A program made the position numbers and the translations under genes. A stretch of 63,574 nt of DNA, filler included, from Octopus bimaculoides (taxonomy: Eukaryota): NCBI RefSeq assembly GCF_001194135.2. It is 5 parts of 5 records of this genome, joined end to end, with 100 filler letters (N's around TTAATTAATTAA, not from the genome) between each part and the next. Parts side by side here need not be neighbours in the genome. Positions count along the whole stretch, not along the records: positions 27,382 to 45,670 come from NC_068991.1; positions 45,771 to 58,010 come from NC_068985.1; 3 more parts are not named here. One strand, written 5' to 3'. Below, one piece after another: positions 41,115 to 55,390 of this stretch. The stretch's first letter is position 1, and every line of letters starts with the position of its first letter. The notes beneath the pieces were generated by a model, which did not search any database, was not told the DNA's origin, and saw nothing but the letters and a program-made list of their open reading frames with translations.

Positions 41115-41770
41115 ATGGGAGAATGTACGAAAAAACAACAACAGACGAGGACAGGTGGTGTAAATAACAAAAGGATGTATTAGTATGATAAACGTACATT
41201 GGTATAAATCTTTAGGTCTATATATGTTATTTGCGCATACAAGCATAAATGTGAATGTGAGGATGTAAAATATAAGGGCACAAACTTGTAGCACTGTTTC
41301 AAAAAAGTTAAAATTAAATTACAAAGTGGTTGATTTAGGCTGACTGAGATTAAGAGAGACAAGAAGAAAGATATGAGAATGGATTCGAGTGCTTATGAAT
41401 CAGGTAGGGATGGTCAGTGGGGGACTGTTGATGGTGTGTGTATGTCTTCAAATTTAAGACTTTCTATTCTGTGCGTTTCACCCCACAAGGATAAAATATC
41501 TCGGCATTGTTTAAATCAATATATATATATATATATGTTTGAAAGTGTGCGTGTGTGTGTTTGTGTGTAAGTATGCATGTATATGTGTGTGTGTGTGCAC
41601 ATATATGCGTACATATATAAACAAAAGGCGAATAGAGTCGTATGAGTAACAAGCAGGTGCATTAGTCTGACGCTCGGAAAAGTGAAAACGTATTTTAAGT
41701 TTCGAGCCTACGCTCTTTAACAGAAAGGAATGAGAGAAAATAAACAGAGAGAGAATAAAAACAAAACTTG
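41115..41770 (-). mobile_element. Decayed Penelope-like 3'/pLTR fragments
   Basis: The minus strand has ALESILISF...SLN (GIY-YIG C-terminal-like) near 41340-41410. A mutated hammerhead-like CUGUUAA-A-GAGC(GUAG)GCUC-GAAAC lies at about 41692-41728. Confidence 0.4.
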
Positions 41771-42380
41771 AATATATATGTGTTTATGTGTGTATTTATG
41801 TGTGTGTGTATGCATGTATGTATATATAGTATAAGGGCTCTTATTTACTAGATCTCTGTCAATCATGCCATACAGGAGTAGACAGTTAAAGCTAGCCAGC
41901 TGTCAGCAGCAAGAATGCTAGAAAGACAAGCATTCAGATGGACAGATAGTGAAATATTGGAAATGATGATAGAAAGAATGTGAGTAAGGAGATAGGATGA
42001 GTGAGGGGATTGGGAAGAAAAATATTTTCTGGCTATTGATGGCTCATGTGATGAAATAATATAAAGTAGTATAAAAAGAAAAACTATAAAAACTGGTAGA
42101 TTACATGGTTAAATATGCGAAGTGGATTGATGGTGTGAGCGGTACAGAGAATGAACCTGTAGTCATTCAACAATCAAGACAAGCAATTCGGTGTGTAGAC
42201 AGTGAAATATAGGGAGTGATGGAAGTCTGAGAGAGGAAATGATGTGAATATTGAAGATAGAACTTGTTAACCAAGAGAGAAATTTTAGAAAACTTACTGG
42301 GAAATGTAATAGATGGAGAGAGAATGAACGGACATTTAAGTATATAAAAAAAGAACGGAAAGAGGGAGAATGTAAGGGAA

Positions 42381-42451
<71 letters not shown>

Positions 42452-43328
42452 GATATTTGATGTTCAAGTACGTGTGGTGATGAAAGCGTTGGGAAATAAT
42501 GAGAATATGAACAAAAATATTTTAAGAAGAAGAACAGACAGAAAATAGAGAAGAAAAGCAGTAATACGATTGAACCAGAAAAAAATAATTGAAGAATAGT
42601 CGAGTGAGGATATGAAAAGGTAACTTTAAAAAATATGCAAGAAAAGAATGAAAGGAAAATACATATAAGTTACAGAGCTCGACTTCGAATTGTCGATATA
42701 AAGCAAACGCAATCAGAAAATATGAATATGAAGTGAGGACGAGACGAAGGCTTGCAAAATAACTGAAAGAGATACGAGATGGAACAGTTAAAAAGGTGAA
42801 TCAAATTAAATATCGATGACGATGGGAACAACATCGTCACTTTTGATGNNNNNNNNNNATATATATATATATACAGCCACACACGCGCACGCACACCCAT
42901 ATATATAATATACATATGCATATATATGTGTGCGTATATGTTACATAGTATAGATACATAAGTTACACGCCATATATATCTGTATGTGCACACACACATA
43001 CAAACACAAACACACACACACACACACATACATACACACACACACACACACACGCACATACACACAAACACACACACACTGAACGAAAGTGAAAGTGAGA
43101 AAGGGATTAAATTATTGCTGAAAAATAAATGAAAAAAAAAAGAAAAAGGTTAAAAACGTTCCCAAATGAAATGAAAGCCAATAATAATAATAATAATAAT
43201 AATGATAATAATAATAACAACAGACATTAATGTACGGATGGCCAAAGGTGAAACATGTTGTTTGTATCATTGTTATTGGTAATGCCGTTACTGTTGAATC
43301 TGTAGCACTTACTCTCCTGTTCTTTTCG

Positions 43329-43398
<70 letters not shown>

Positions 43399-44161
43399 CA
43401 TTGTCCTAACGTTATTTTACACACTCTGCTTCATGTTTTTGTCAGCTCTGCCCTTTTTCTTCTGCATGATTTTTCTTTATTTTCTTTATTTTTTGTTCTT
43501 CTGTTTCTTAGTAATCATTTATCGTTTTCTTTGGTTTTTTTTTTTACTATTTTCTTAACTGTCGTTCCCCACTCCCCTACCTATATATATATTTTTTGTA
43601 CCTTATTTCTTCTCCTCCCACTATTACTCCTCTCGACTTTCTCATCTTTTGTTCTTATTCATGTTTGTCGTTTATTTCTTTTTCCTCTCGCTCCCTGATG
43701 TACCTTTTTTGTTGTTGCTCTTGTTTTAGCCCTTTTTTTTTTTACAAATGTTTGTCTTTCATTTCTATGAATTTTCCTTACATTTCTGACACTATTTACA
43801 TCTTCCTTCGTCCTCATTTTCCACTTTTTTTCTCTATATTTCGCTTTACGGGGTCTATCTATTCCACTCAAGACAACTCGCCCTTTAGCTATTTTCAACA
43901 CTAATTCTATCCTTCTTTCTCTTCTTTCTCTATTTCTCTCCTTCCATCTGCTTATTTCACTCCTTTTCTTACTCCCTCTTTAACTCTAGATCACTCTCTA
44001 GACCTCTCTCTCTCTAATTTTATCCAACACTTTATTCTATGAAAGCTTGCTATCATAGCCCCTCTCTGTTTCCACTTAGTTTTTTATCCCTCGGTCTCGT
44101 TTGCTCTCTTAATCGCTTCGTCCAAAAACACTTTCTCTTTTTCTCGTTCCTTCTTTTATTA

Positions 44162-44202
<41 letters not shown>

Positions 44203-44267
44203 TATAACAAACAGGCTCACATACTTTCATGATATGCTTGCATGCACATCCATTCATAAATACATAT

Positions 44268-44309
<42 letters not shown>

Positions 44310-45142
44310 ACACACACATACACAGACACACATACNNNNNNNNNNNNNNNNNNNNNNNNNNNNNNNNNNNNNNNNNNNNNNNNNNNNNNNNNNNNNNNNN
44401 NNNNNNNNNNNNNNNNNNNNNNNNNNNNNNNNNNNNNNNNNNNNNNNNNNNNNNNNNNNNNNNNNNNNNNNNNNNNNNNNNNNNNNNNNNNNNNNNNNNN
44501 NNNNNNNNNNNNNNNNNNNNNNNNNNNNNNNNNNNNNNNNNNNNNNNNNNNNNNNNNNNNNNNNNNNNNNNNNNNNNNNNNNNNNNNNNNNNNNNNNNNN
44601 NNNNNNNNNNNNNNNNNNNNNNNNNNNNNNNNNNNNNNNNNNNNNNNNNNNNNNNNNNNNNNNNNNNNNNNNNNNNNNNNNNNNNNNNNNNNNNNNNNNN
44701 NNNNNNNNNNNNNNNNNNNNNNNNNNNNNNNNNNNNNNNNNNNNNNNNNNNAAAAAAAAAAAAAAAAAAAAAAAACAGCAAAAATCAACAAATGCAGTAA
44801 TAGAAAATCCCCACTGATTGTTCGATGGACAACAAATAACTCGTTGTTTTTTGTTTACCCTTTTTGTTTGTTTGTTTGTTTGTTGTGTATTTATTCATTC
44901 CTATGTATTTTATTATTTTCTGTTTGCGACGCTGGCCTCCTAATTTGAATTTTTCATTCTTATTGTTCTTTAGCCCCAGGTCAATCATGATAGAGAACAT
45001 CTACATTCATAAGCTGTTGTAGTTATGATCATCCTGTATATTCGTATATCGACGACCAGTTTATATTATTATTTTTGTTTTTGTTCTTATTATTAGTGTT
45101 GTTGCTCTCGTTGTTACTACTGTTTTTTTTTATGATGCTTTT

Positions 45143-45506
45143 AAGGCAACGAGCTGGAGATAAATCTTTGTGACAGTTTCGACCGCCCTTATGTTCTGAG
45201 CTTAAATTCCCCCGAAGTCGACGTCCTTTTAGAGTCGATAAATTAAGTACCAGTCCTCTACTGGTGTCGACCTAGTCGATTCGTCCCCTCTCCTAAAATA
45301 TTAGGCCCTGTGTCTTATTAGAAGATATTATTATTATCATTTCATTTCGTCCGTCCTTGCGTTCTGATTTCATCTTCCGCCTAGGTCGATTTTTGCCTTT
45401 CATCATGTCAGGGTTGATAAATTAAGTACCAGTCATTTACTGGGGTCGATTTTGTCGACTTGTCTTCTTCCCCAAAATTTCAGGCCTTGCTCCTCTAGTG
45501 GAAAGG

Positions 45507-45578
<72 letters not shown>

Positions 45579-45670
45579 TCATTTCACTCGTTTCTAAGTT
45601 GTGTTCAAATTCCGCCGAAGTCGACTCTGGCTTTCATCCTTTCGAGGTTGATAAATGAAGTAGCAGTCAT
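45143..45670 (+). mobile_element. Three head-to-tail SINE family B copies, each following the (ATT)n tail of the previous one
   Basis: Copies at about 45143-45340, 45341-45578 and 45579-45670. The blocks GTTCTGA.TT.AAATTCC.CCGAAGTCGAC and GATAAATTAAGTACCAG recur. Confidence 0.8.
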
Positions 45671-45770
45671 NNNNNNNNNNNNNNNNNNNNNNNNNNNNNN
45701 NNNNNNNNNNNNNNTTAATTAATTAANNNNNNNNNNNNNNNNNNNNNNNNNNNNNNNNNNNNNNNNNNNN

Positions 45771-45829
<59 letters not shown>

Positions 45830-47495
45830 CGTGTGAATATTTGCGTCTACACATTAATCCATTGCGGCTAGATACAATCAACTGGCTGATTTCACATCTG
45901 GACGAGGTTTCCTATGTAATGATAACTTAAAAACAGAGTAGTTTCTTTCGTTTTTCTCTTCCTCACATTCCTTGCAAAATACTTCACTACCTCAGGTTCC
46001 TTGATTTTACTCTCTTGAGATCCCTTCATATTTTGTTTATATAATCTGACCAACTTTAATTGCATTCCAATATCTGAATTTAACATTGTTATTTATTTCT
46101 TTAATAATTTATATTTCTGATTGCATGGGCAGGAAATTGTCAGAAGTGATTAGTCAGAAAAATGAACTGCAGTCTTTAAGTACGTGTTTATGTTTTGCGT
46201 TCAAACCCAATCAAAGCCACTTTTGTCTATCACTCTTCCTGCATTACGAAAATAGATTACCAGCCAGCAGTTGTGATTGATCAATATTTTGTGGCCGCAG
46301 TGAAAATATTTGCAGAATAGCGCCAAAAAATTCCTAAAGTAAGATCATATTATATTTCTAGTAAATGGTAAATTGAAAAAGTTCATCTTATTCTTTTCTT
46401 TACAAAACAGCAAGTTGGACTATTGCAGATACATCTTGGTTTTGCTAATTTGATCTTCTTAAAACCACGTAATTCTGAGAAGTTAGTAATCAGAAGCTTT
46501 GTGAAGTGTGACTCTGACAGACAACATATTTCATATTTTACTTAATAAAAGTAATATCAAATAAATTGTTAACCAGTTGCCGTAAGTAAACATCGAGTCA
46601 AGAGCGAAGTCTCTACTTCGTTGTGCGACCTAAAGGAACTATCAGTCATATCTGCCTCAAATCACACTCTACCGCCTTAAAGAAGACAACGTACTGTTTG
46701 ATAAAAAATACTCTTAAAAACACTGCTTGGTCAAAGGCAGCATATATTTGACCAGATGGATGTTGAATCAGGGCCTTTGAGTGTATCGTCTGAAAGCGGA
46801 TGGATTAATGTGAGAATGTAATAGAAAATACACTACATTTGAAAGCAAAAGACACCATGTTAAATCTGTGCACTTTTTATTATATTAGTATTCTATTCTA
46901 TTGAGATTAAATACTTGCTTATATAAAGTAGCTTCTCATCCGGGTTAGTAGTTTCTAGTGTCTAGGAATTTTATTTTATCTAGAAAAATAATTACACGTA
47001 AAGTAAGCTTTAAAAAGTGTTGTTCAAATCTTTTCTGTTGTTTTCTAATACATTTTCATGCTTGTCTTTTGAGATTGTAAAAATATCTTTTGAGAATTTT
47101 ACCAAAACTTTTGAATATATTCCTTGTCATGTCCAGCGTACACAAACCGTCTATTTCACAGGACTCAGCACCTTCGTAAACACTCTGTTTAAAACCCAGG
47201 ACAGCATTGCAACATTCCTCCAATATAGAAATATTGGACAAAACCAAAGTTTTCGGTATTCTTCTATTATTTTACTACTTCAAATCTTTGCATTCTGAGC
47301 ATGTTGGGACACAGACAGCAACGACTTTAGTGGATCATATCTATTCCGCTGCTTATTCTACTCTGGTACTAAGTTAATCGATTTCTATGTATCGAACGAA
47401 TAAGTTATCTTTAAGTGTATAGAAACGTAACTCAATGTACTGATATGTACTAGCGTACACAAACACATTTACAAACATGCGAACGCGCGCGCGCG

Positions 47496-47557
<62 letters not shown>

Positions 47558-47745
47558 NNNNNNNNNNNNNNNNNNNNNNNNNNNNNNNNNNNNNNNNNNN
47601 NNNNNNNNNNNNNNNNNNNNNNNNNNNNNNNNNNNNNNNNNNNNNNNNNNNNNNNNNNNNNNNNNNNNNNNNNNNNNNNNNNNNNNNNNNNNNNNNNNNN
47701 NNNNNNNNNNNNNNNNNNNNNNNNNNNNNNNNNNNNNNNNNNNNN

Positions 47746-47784
<39 letters not shown>

Positions 47785-48490
47785 TAGGCAGGTCTTTGCC
47801 CAGGCTACGCTATGAAATGTTAATTTTGATTCGTTGATGTTGTTCATGTTATTGTTGTTGTTTAGGCCCAAAGTAGCTCAAATCAATTAATGGCATTCTA
47901 TCCTTGACCGTCCTATTTTTTCTCCTTCAGTAGACAATATAGCGTTTAATCTGAGTGATATTTGGCTGCTATGATACTGAAGATCAGAATGAATATCATG
48001 GACATACTATGCACATGTTCACAAGACGATAGCATTGTCAACTACGGTGGGAGGCAGGCATGACTGAGTGCCTAAGAAGTTCGCTGCACTGCTACGAGAC
48101 TTCGAGTCCACTCCATCTACGGGGTAATGGCTTAAGTCATGTGTTTTCTTAAACAATGTGAGTAAGACAGCTTGGTAGATAAAGCTGTATGAATTAATTC
48201 TAATCTGATGTTGTAGACTTAATCCGTGGTTGCGTTTTACTCCACCACTTTTCCACGAGTGTATTTATTGGACCCTGCTCTGTTGCAAGCATTTGGGCTT
48301 GGTCTTCGGGCGGAGGATAACCTTTTACTTCCTCCACCAGTCAGAGAATCCCTGAAAAAGGGAGACAACCACTCTTCGTTTGACTCATTCATAAAAGAAA
48401 TTAAAAATTAGAGTATAAGGGAAAATATAAAAACAAAAGCAGACACAAAACAACAGAAAATAAATTCTATACAAATCTAGAATACAAAAT

Positions 48491-48872
48491 TCTTTATTGT
48501 ACTTGTTTCAGTCATTGGATTGTTGTCATGTTGGTGCACCGCCTTGATGAGTTTAGTCGAGTAGATCGACTTCAGTATTGATTACTTGTTATATCATTCA
48601 TATTTCCGAACCGATAAATTATGGGGACTTAAGCAAACCAACGCCAGTTGTCAAGAAGTTGCTTGGAGGGTAACCTGAAATCCAACGACACACATATGCA
48701 TACGTTATGAGCTTCCACGCAGCTTCCGTCTAGCGAATTCACTCACAAGGCGTTAGTCAGCCTGGGCTACAGTAGAATTCACTTGCCCACCGTGAAGCTC
48801 AGTAGGAGACTGAACCCAAACCCACGTGGTTATAAAGAGAGATTCTTAATGGCATATCCATGCATGTGTCCT
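48491..48872 (-). mobile_element. SINE family A, full length, strongly diverged
   Basis: CTTGTTTCAGTCATT...GCACCGCCTT...TCACTCACAAGG...GACTGAACCC on the plus strand. Confidence 0.7.
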
Positions 48873-49475
48873 TTATGGCAAGAAGTTGTCTGGAAAATCT
48901 AATATATAACCGGCACAAAGGCCAAGCAAAGCAGAAGAGGATATGAAAACTTGATCGCTTTCAGAGGAGAAGAAAAAACGAAGGTGAAGTAGAAACCATT
49001 TTTATCGCAGCAGCCGTCAACTCCAAACCAACCACAACCGAAAAACCATTTAAAGGAGCAGATTATTCAATGTAGCCAAGAGAATACGTGGAGGTTGCGA
49101 ATAAATATCATCAATCATATAGCTTCTGGCTGCCCAGTATGAGTTACAGTGGAAGTTATAAACAGAGATGATAGCGTTTGAGATTTCATATATTTGCAGC
49201 CTGTCAGAATTAAGGAACAACTAGTGAAAGAAAGGGGTACAAACATTAGATTACAAAGGGTTTGGGAAATGTCAGTTGATACAAGTAGGGAGATTATTAA
49301 GGTCTAATGCACAGACATTTATTGTCAAGGAGTAACAAAAATATACAAATATTTCGTATCTAAAATTCAAACGGACGTACACAGAAACATATACATAGAC
49401 CTATGCATACATGCATACATAAGAACACTGGAATAAATACACACGCTAGTCTACACACTCATGTATGTGTATATG

Positions 49476-49515
<40 letters not shown>

Positions 49516-51016
49516 CGCACGTGCGCCTTTGTGTGGTATCTGTGTGTGCGCGCGCCTTTAGAGCTTATGTGAGCTAAAATTATCAATCAAGATCGAACTT
49601 TGTAGTAAAAATCAGAATTGAACAGATACGTGAATTGCAATATACATATAAATATGCATGTTCATATACATACATACATAGAGACCCCACCTAGATATGC
49701 ACGTATATACGTATATACGCACTTACATTCTTCCTTATTCCAATCTACCGAAAGAGCCAACATTGGTTTAATATACATATACATATACATACATACATAC
49801 ATACATACATAAATATATATATATATGTATATACACATGTACGTATGTAGATATATATTTNNNNNNNNNNNNNNNNNNNNNNNNNNNNNNNNNNNNNNNN
49901 NNNNNNNNNNNNNNNNNNNNNNNNNNNNNNNNNNNNNNNNNNNNNNNNNNNNNNNNNNNNNNNNNNNNNNNNNNNNNNNNNNNNNNNNNNNNNNNNNNNN
50001 NNNNNNNNNNNNNNNNNNNNNNNNNNNNNNNNNNNNNNNNNNNNNNNNNNNNNNNNNNNNNNNNNNNNNNNNNNNNNNNNNNNNNNNNNNNNNNNNNNNN
50101 NNNNNNNNNNNNNNNNNNNNNNNNNNNNNNNNNNNNNNNNNNNNNNNNNNNNNNNNNNNNNNNNNNNNNNNNNNNNNNNNNNNNNNNNNNNNNNNNNNNN
50201 NNNNNNNNNNNNNNNNNNNNNNNNNNNNNNNNNNNNNNNNNNNNNNNNNNNNNNNNNNNNNNNNNNNNNNNNNNNNNNNNNNNNNNNNNNNNNNNNNNNN
50301 NNNNNNNNNNNNNNNNNNNNNNNNNNNNNNNNNNNNNNNNNNNNNNNNNNNNNNNNNNNNNNNNNNNNNNNNNNNNNNNNNNNNNNNNNNNNNNNNNNNN
50401 NNNNNNNNNNNNNNNNNNNNNNNNNNNNNNNNNNNNNNNNNNNNNNNNNNNNNNNNNNNNNNNNNNNNNNNNNNNNNNNNNNNNNNNNNNNNNNNNNNNN
50501 NNNNNNNNNNNNNNNNNNNNNNNNNNNNNNNNNNNNNNNNNNNNNNNNNNNNNNNNNNNNNATATATATATATACATATATATATACATACATATATATA
50601 TATATATACATATACACATATACACATATATATAAACATACATACACAGATACATACATACATACATACATATAAATATATGTACATACAAAGGCGTGTA
50701 CATACGCACACATATTCACAGACACGCAAACATGCATATATATATGTATATACATTTATATAACCGACCGTATACGTCCGTTTTATTTATTTTTTCTCCC
50801 CCGTTGTAGGTTATGATGCAACATCGTATCAAACAAAAGATCGCAGTGTAAAATCTGATTAAAAATATTATGATTAATGTATTATAGGGAAATAAAGAAA
50901 CAACAGATATTTTTCCATAGAAGAAGACATAAATTTCATGGTTATATAGATATTAACAGAGAAAAAAATATAAGCATACAGGCGCATGCGTGTCTGCTTG
51001 TGTTCATGCGTACATG

Positions 51017-51048
<32 letters not shown>

Positions 51049-51601
51049 TGTATGTATGTATGTATGTGTGCATGTATGTGTGAGTGTTTGTGTAGGTTTG
51101 CTAGTGTGGATTTGTGTGTATGCGTATATAAATGTATATGTGTATATAAATGTGAAACGGTTGTGGAATTTATCATTATCATGAATGTAAAAAAAAAAAC
51201 ATTCGAGTGTTGATAATAAAATAAAAAAATAGACATGTCGGCGGTACTGCTGCTGCTGCTGCAGATGATGATGACGATGATGACGATGATGATGGTGATG
51301 ACGATGATGGTGATGCTTTTGGTATTGATGAAGATGATGATGATGATGGCGACGACAACGACCACGATGATTGCGCGATGGCGATGACAATAATGGTGGT
51401 GGTATTGGCTTTGATGATGATGATGATGATGATGATGGTGATGATGACGATGATGGTGATGCTTTTCGTATTGATGATGATGATGATGATGATGTTGACG
51501 ACGACGACGCTGACGATTGCGATGATGATGGTTTGAATTATTTGATATTACATTAAGAAAAAGTTCAAAAATCGTGTTGACGACGTTGATGCTGCTTCTG
51601 C

Positions 51602-51670
<69 letters not shown>

Positions 51671-51789
51671 CGATGAATGACGTCGACAAGGACCACGACG
51701 GTGGCGCTGATGTTGATGGCGATGTTGATCATTCTCTTCCTGACGATAATGGAAATGTCGATAGTGGGTTTACGATGATGATGATGATA

Positions 51790-51841
<52 letters not shown>

Positions 51842-51860
51842 CGATGACGATGACGATGAC

Positions 51861-51926
<66 letters not shown>

Positions 51927-51982
51927 AACATCCATTGTAATATGTAAAGATCTGTTGAAATATTTTTGGCTGTAATGCGTGA

Positions 51983-52200
51983 TATTCTTTTCTACACTAG
52001 GCACAATACCCGAAATGTCTGGGGAGGGTGTCGGTCGATTACATCGATCTCAGTACGCAATTGGTAATTAATTTATCGACACCGAAAGGATGGAAGGCAA
52101 AGTCGACCTCGGCGGCATTTGAACTCAGAACATGAGGACAGACGAAAAACCGCTAAGTATTTCATCCGGCATGCTAACGTTTCTGCTAGCTCGTCGCCTT
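51983..52200 (-). mobile_element. SINE family B, full length
   Basis: Reverse complement: AAGGCGACGAGCTAGCAGAAACGTTAGCATGCCGGATGAAATACTTAGCGG...GTTCTGAGTTCAAATGCCGCCGAGGTCGAC...TTGTGCCTAGTGTAGAAAAGAAT. Confidence 0.9.
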
Positions 52201-52594
52201 GGTGATAGGGAATATCAACTAACAAACAACACATGCGCACATACACATACACATGCACCAATAGACACACGCGCTCACACATATATGAACACAGTCGCCA
52301 ACATATTAACGTATATATATATGGCTAATTTTATATAGGGTCATATAAGTGTGTATGTGTGTGTGTGTGCGTGTGTGTATGTGTGTGTGTGTGTGTGTGT
52401 ACATACGTATACATGCATATGTATCCACTTTTCTATGTATGACCACTTGCACACACGAACAAACACACACATACATATATATACACGCACACATACACGT
52501 ACACATATACATCTACATACGTACATACATACATAGATATACATGCATGTGTGTATGTGTATATATATGCTTACATACATACATAGATACATAC

Positions 52595-52649
<55 letters not shown>

Positions 52650-53683
52650 NNNNNNNNNNNNNNNNNNNNNNNNNNNNNNNNNNNNNNNNNNNNNNNNNNN
52701 NNNNNNNNNNNNNNNNNNNNNNNNNNNNNNNNNNNNNNNNNNNNNNNNNNNNNNNNNNNNNNNNNNNNNNNNNNNNNNNNNNNNNNNNNNNNNNNNNNNN
52801 NNNNNNNNNNNNNNNNNNNNNNNNNNNNNNNNNNNNNNNNNNNNNNNNNNNNNNNNNNNNNNNNNNNNNNNNNNNNNNNNNNNNNNNNNNNNNNNNNNNN
52901 NNNNNNNNNNNNNNNNNNNNNNNNNNNNNNNNNNNNNNNNNNNNNNNNNNNNNNNNNNNNNNNNNNNNNNNNNNNNNNNNNNNNNNNNNNNNNNNNNNNN
53001 NNNNNNNNNNNNNNNNNNNNNNNNNNNNNNNNNNNNNNNNNNNNNNNNNNNNNNNNNNNNNNNNNNNNNNNNNNNNNNNNNNNNNNNNNNNNNNNNNNNN
53101 NNNNNNNNNNNNNNNNNNNNNNNNNNNNNNNNNNNNNNNNNNNNNNNNNNNNNNNNNNNNNNNNNNNNNNNNNNNNNNNNNNNNNNNNNTATATATAGGC
53201 GCATGTGTATAGTTTTACTGTGTAAATGTGTAATTCGATCAACTTTTCTTTCCGCATTAAAATTATACATACATACATACATACATACATACGTGCATGC
53301 ATACATACATACATACATACATACATACATACATACATACATACATACATACATACATACGTACGTACATACATACGTACATACATACGTACATACATAC
53401 GTACAAACAAAGAAATACAGGCACATGTAGACATACATAAGCTGAACGATATTAAATCAATTCTGGAAATTATGGATCGTAAAAAAGATAAATACTCACT
53501 CTTCCCCCCACCCCTTTCTCTCTCCGACACACACACACATGCATCCATATATGTGTATTTGTTTCCTACTGACCTTCGCCATACGGAAAATTTGGGCAAC
53601 ATTCTAGTTTGGCACCACTAGACTGTTCCAAAGAATAGAAAACTAACTTCAATCGACAGATAGGATTGTTTAATACTTACGTC

Positions 53684-53753
<70 letters not shown>

Positions 53754-54184
53754 AATATATATATACACATTTATATTTGTATATGTATATAAAATCAATA
53801 TATTTTTGAATAAATATATGTAAAAATCAAAAGGCAATTGGTGCCAAGTGTTCAGTGCAGACACAAACATCGAGAGATATAGCGTTATATAAGCCCATTA
53901 ATGTTACGTGATTATCAACGCTGATATCATGAACATCATCATAATCTCTACACCAAGTTAATGCACCATATATAAACTCGCTCCATCACTTTTCAGTCTT
54001 TTCTTTTGCACCGTATATTTGCTTTCCCTCATATCACATACACCCCCGCTTATATACTGCACTAACACACGCACGCGCACACACAGAGACACGTATATAT
54101 GGTGATATTCGCATACATAAACCCGCACATACACATTAAAAACGAATATTATTAAATGCCATACCGAGATAACTTACTGACTCA

Positions 54185-54300
54185 CTGGCTGTGTGGATAC
54201 GAAGCTTGCCTTAAAACCACGTGGTTTCGAGTTCAGTCCCACAGTACGGCGCCTTGGGCATGTACTTTCACAATTCCTTGTGAGTGAATTTCCTTGAATG
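54185..54300 (+). mobile_element. SINE family A-like head fragment
   Basis: TGGCTGTGTGGATACGAAGCTTGCC...GGTTTCGAGTTCAGTCCCAC...CCTTGGGCA. Confidence 0.65.
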
Positions 54301-54337
54301 AAGTTTTGTGACACTCCACTATGTACGTATATATATA

Positions 54338-54569
54338 TTTATTTCTTTATTGCCCACAGGGGCTAAACATAGAGGGGACAAACAAGGACAGACAAAGGGA
54401 TTCAGTCGATTACATTTACCCCAGTGCGTAACTGGTACTTATTTAATCGACCCAGAATGGATGAAAGTCAAAGTTGACCTCGGCGGAACTTGAACTCAGA
54501 ACGTAACGCAGACGAAATACCGCTAAGCATTTCGCCCGGCGTGCTAACGCTTCTGCCAGCTCGCTGCCT
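54338..54569 (-). mobile_element. SINE family B variant with a different 3' tail
   Basis: The family B head and body are joined to ...CCCTTTGTCTGTCCTTGTTTGTCCCCTCTATGTTTAGCCCCTGTGGGCAATAAAGAAAT instead of the CCTTGTGCCTATAGTAGAAAGG(ATT)n tail. Confidence 0.85.
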
Positions 54570-54640
54570 ATGTTTATATATATATTAAGGACCACCTATG
54601 GTCAGGAATGACTGGGATTGCACCTAGAAATTTATAAATT

Positions 54641-54849
54641 CTTTTCTTTTATTCTTTTATTTGTTTCATTCATTTGACTGCGGCCATGCTGGAGCACCGC
54701 CTTTAGTCGAGCAAATCGACCCCAGGTCTTATTCTTTGTAAGTCTAGTACTTATTCTATCGTTCTCTCTTGCCGAACCGCTGGATTACGGGGACGTAAAC
54801 ATACCAGCATCGGTTGTCAAGCGATATTGGGGGAACAAACACAGAGACA

Positions 54850-54927
<78 letters not shown>

Positions 54928-54930
54928 GCC

Positions 54931-54963
<33 letters not shown>

Positions 54964-55128
54964 GCCACAAGCTTCATTTAGTTTCAGTCTACCAAATCCA
55001 CTCACAAGGCTTTGGTCAGCCCGAGGCTACAGTAGAAGACACTTGCCCAAGGTGCCACGCAGTGGGACTGAACCCGGAACCATGTGGTTAGTATGCAAGC
55101 TACTTATTACACAGCCACTCCTGTGCCT
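54641..55128 (-). mobile_element. SINE family A, full length, gap-free reference copy
   Basis: Complete head (AGGCACAGGAGTGGCTGTGTAATAAG), CORE-like region, internal (TA)n(TG)n and 3' half with GCATGGCCGCAGTCAAATGAATGAAAC tail. Confidence 0.92.
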
Positions 55129-55180
55129 ATTCGTATATTTAGCCGTTACTTTTATATTTTCTATTATATCTACGCATGCA

Positions 55181-55390
55181 AGACGGCGATCAGGCTGAAT
55201 CGTTAGCTCAGAGGACAAAATGCTTAGCGACATTTCGTCGATCTTTACGTCCTGAGTTTCGATTCCGTCAATTTTCGAGCTTGCCTTTCGTTCCTTCGGA
55301 GTCAATAAAATAAGTACCAGCCGAGCACCGAAGTCGCTGTAGCCCTCCCCACAAAATATTTCAAGCCTTGTGGCTATGAGAGAAAGGCCT
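55181..55390 (+). mobile_element. SINE family B, diverged full length
   Basis: CGTTAGC...AAATGCTTAGCG.CATTTCGTC...TAAAATAAGTACCAG...TTTCAAGCCTTGTGGCTAT. Confidence 0.7.

Noticed and set aside
46990-47300. Two overlapping AT-rich ORFs (47017+ and 47056-)
   Set aside because: No motif could be recognised with confidence. It may be a decayed element N-terminus.
48930-49400. Possible RTE/CR1 LINE remnant (FNVAKRI)
   Set aside because: A single weak motif with many stops.
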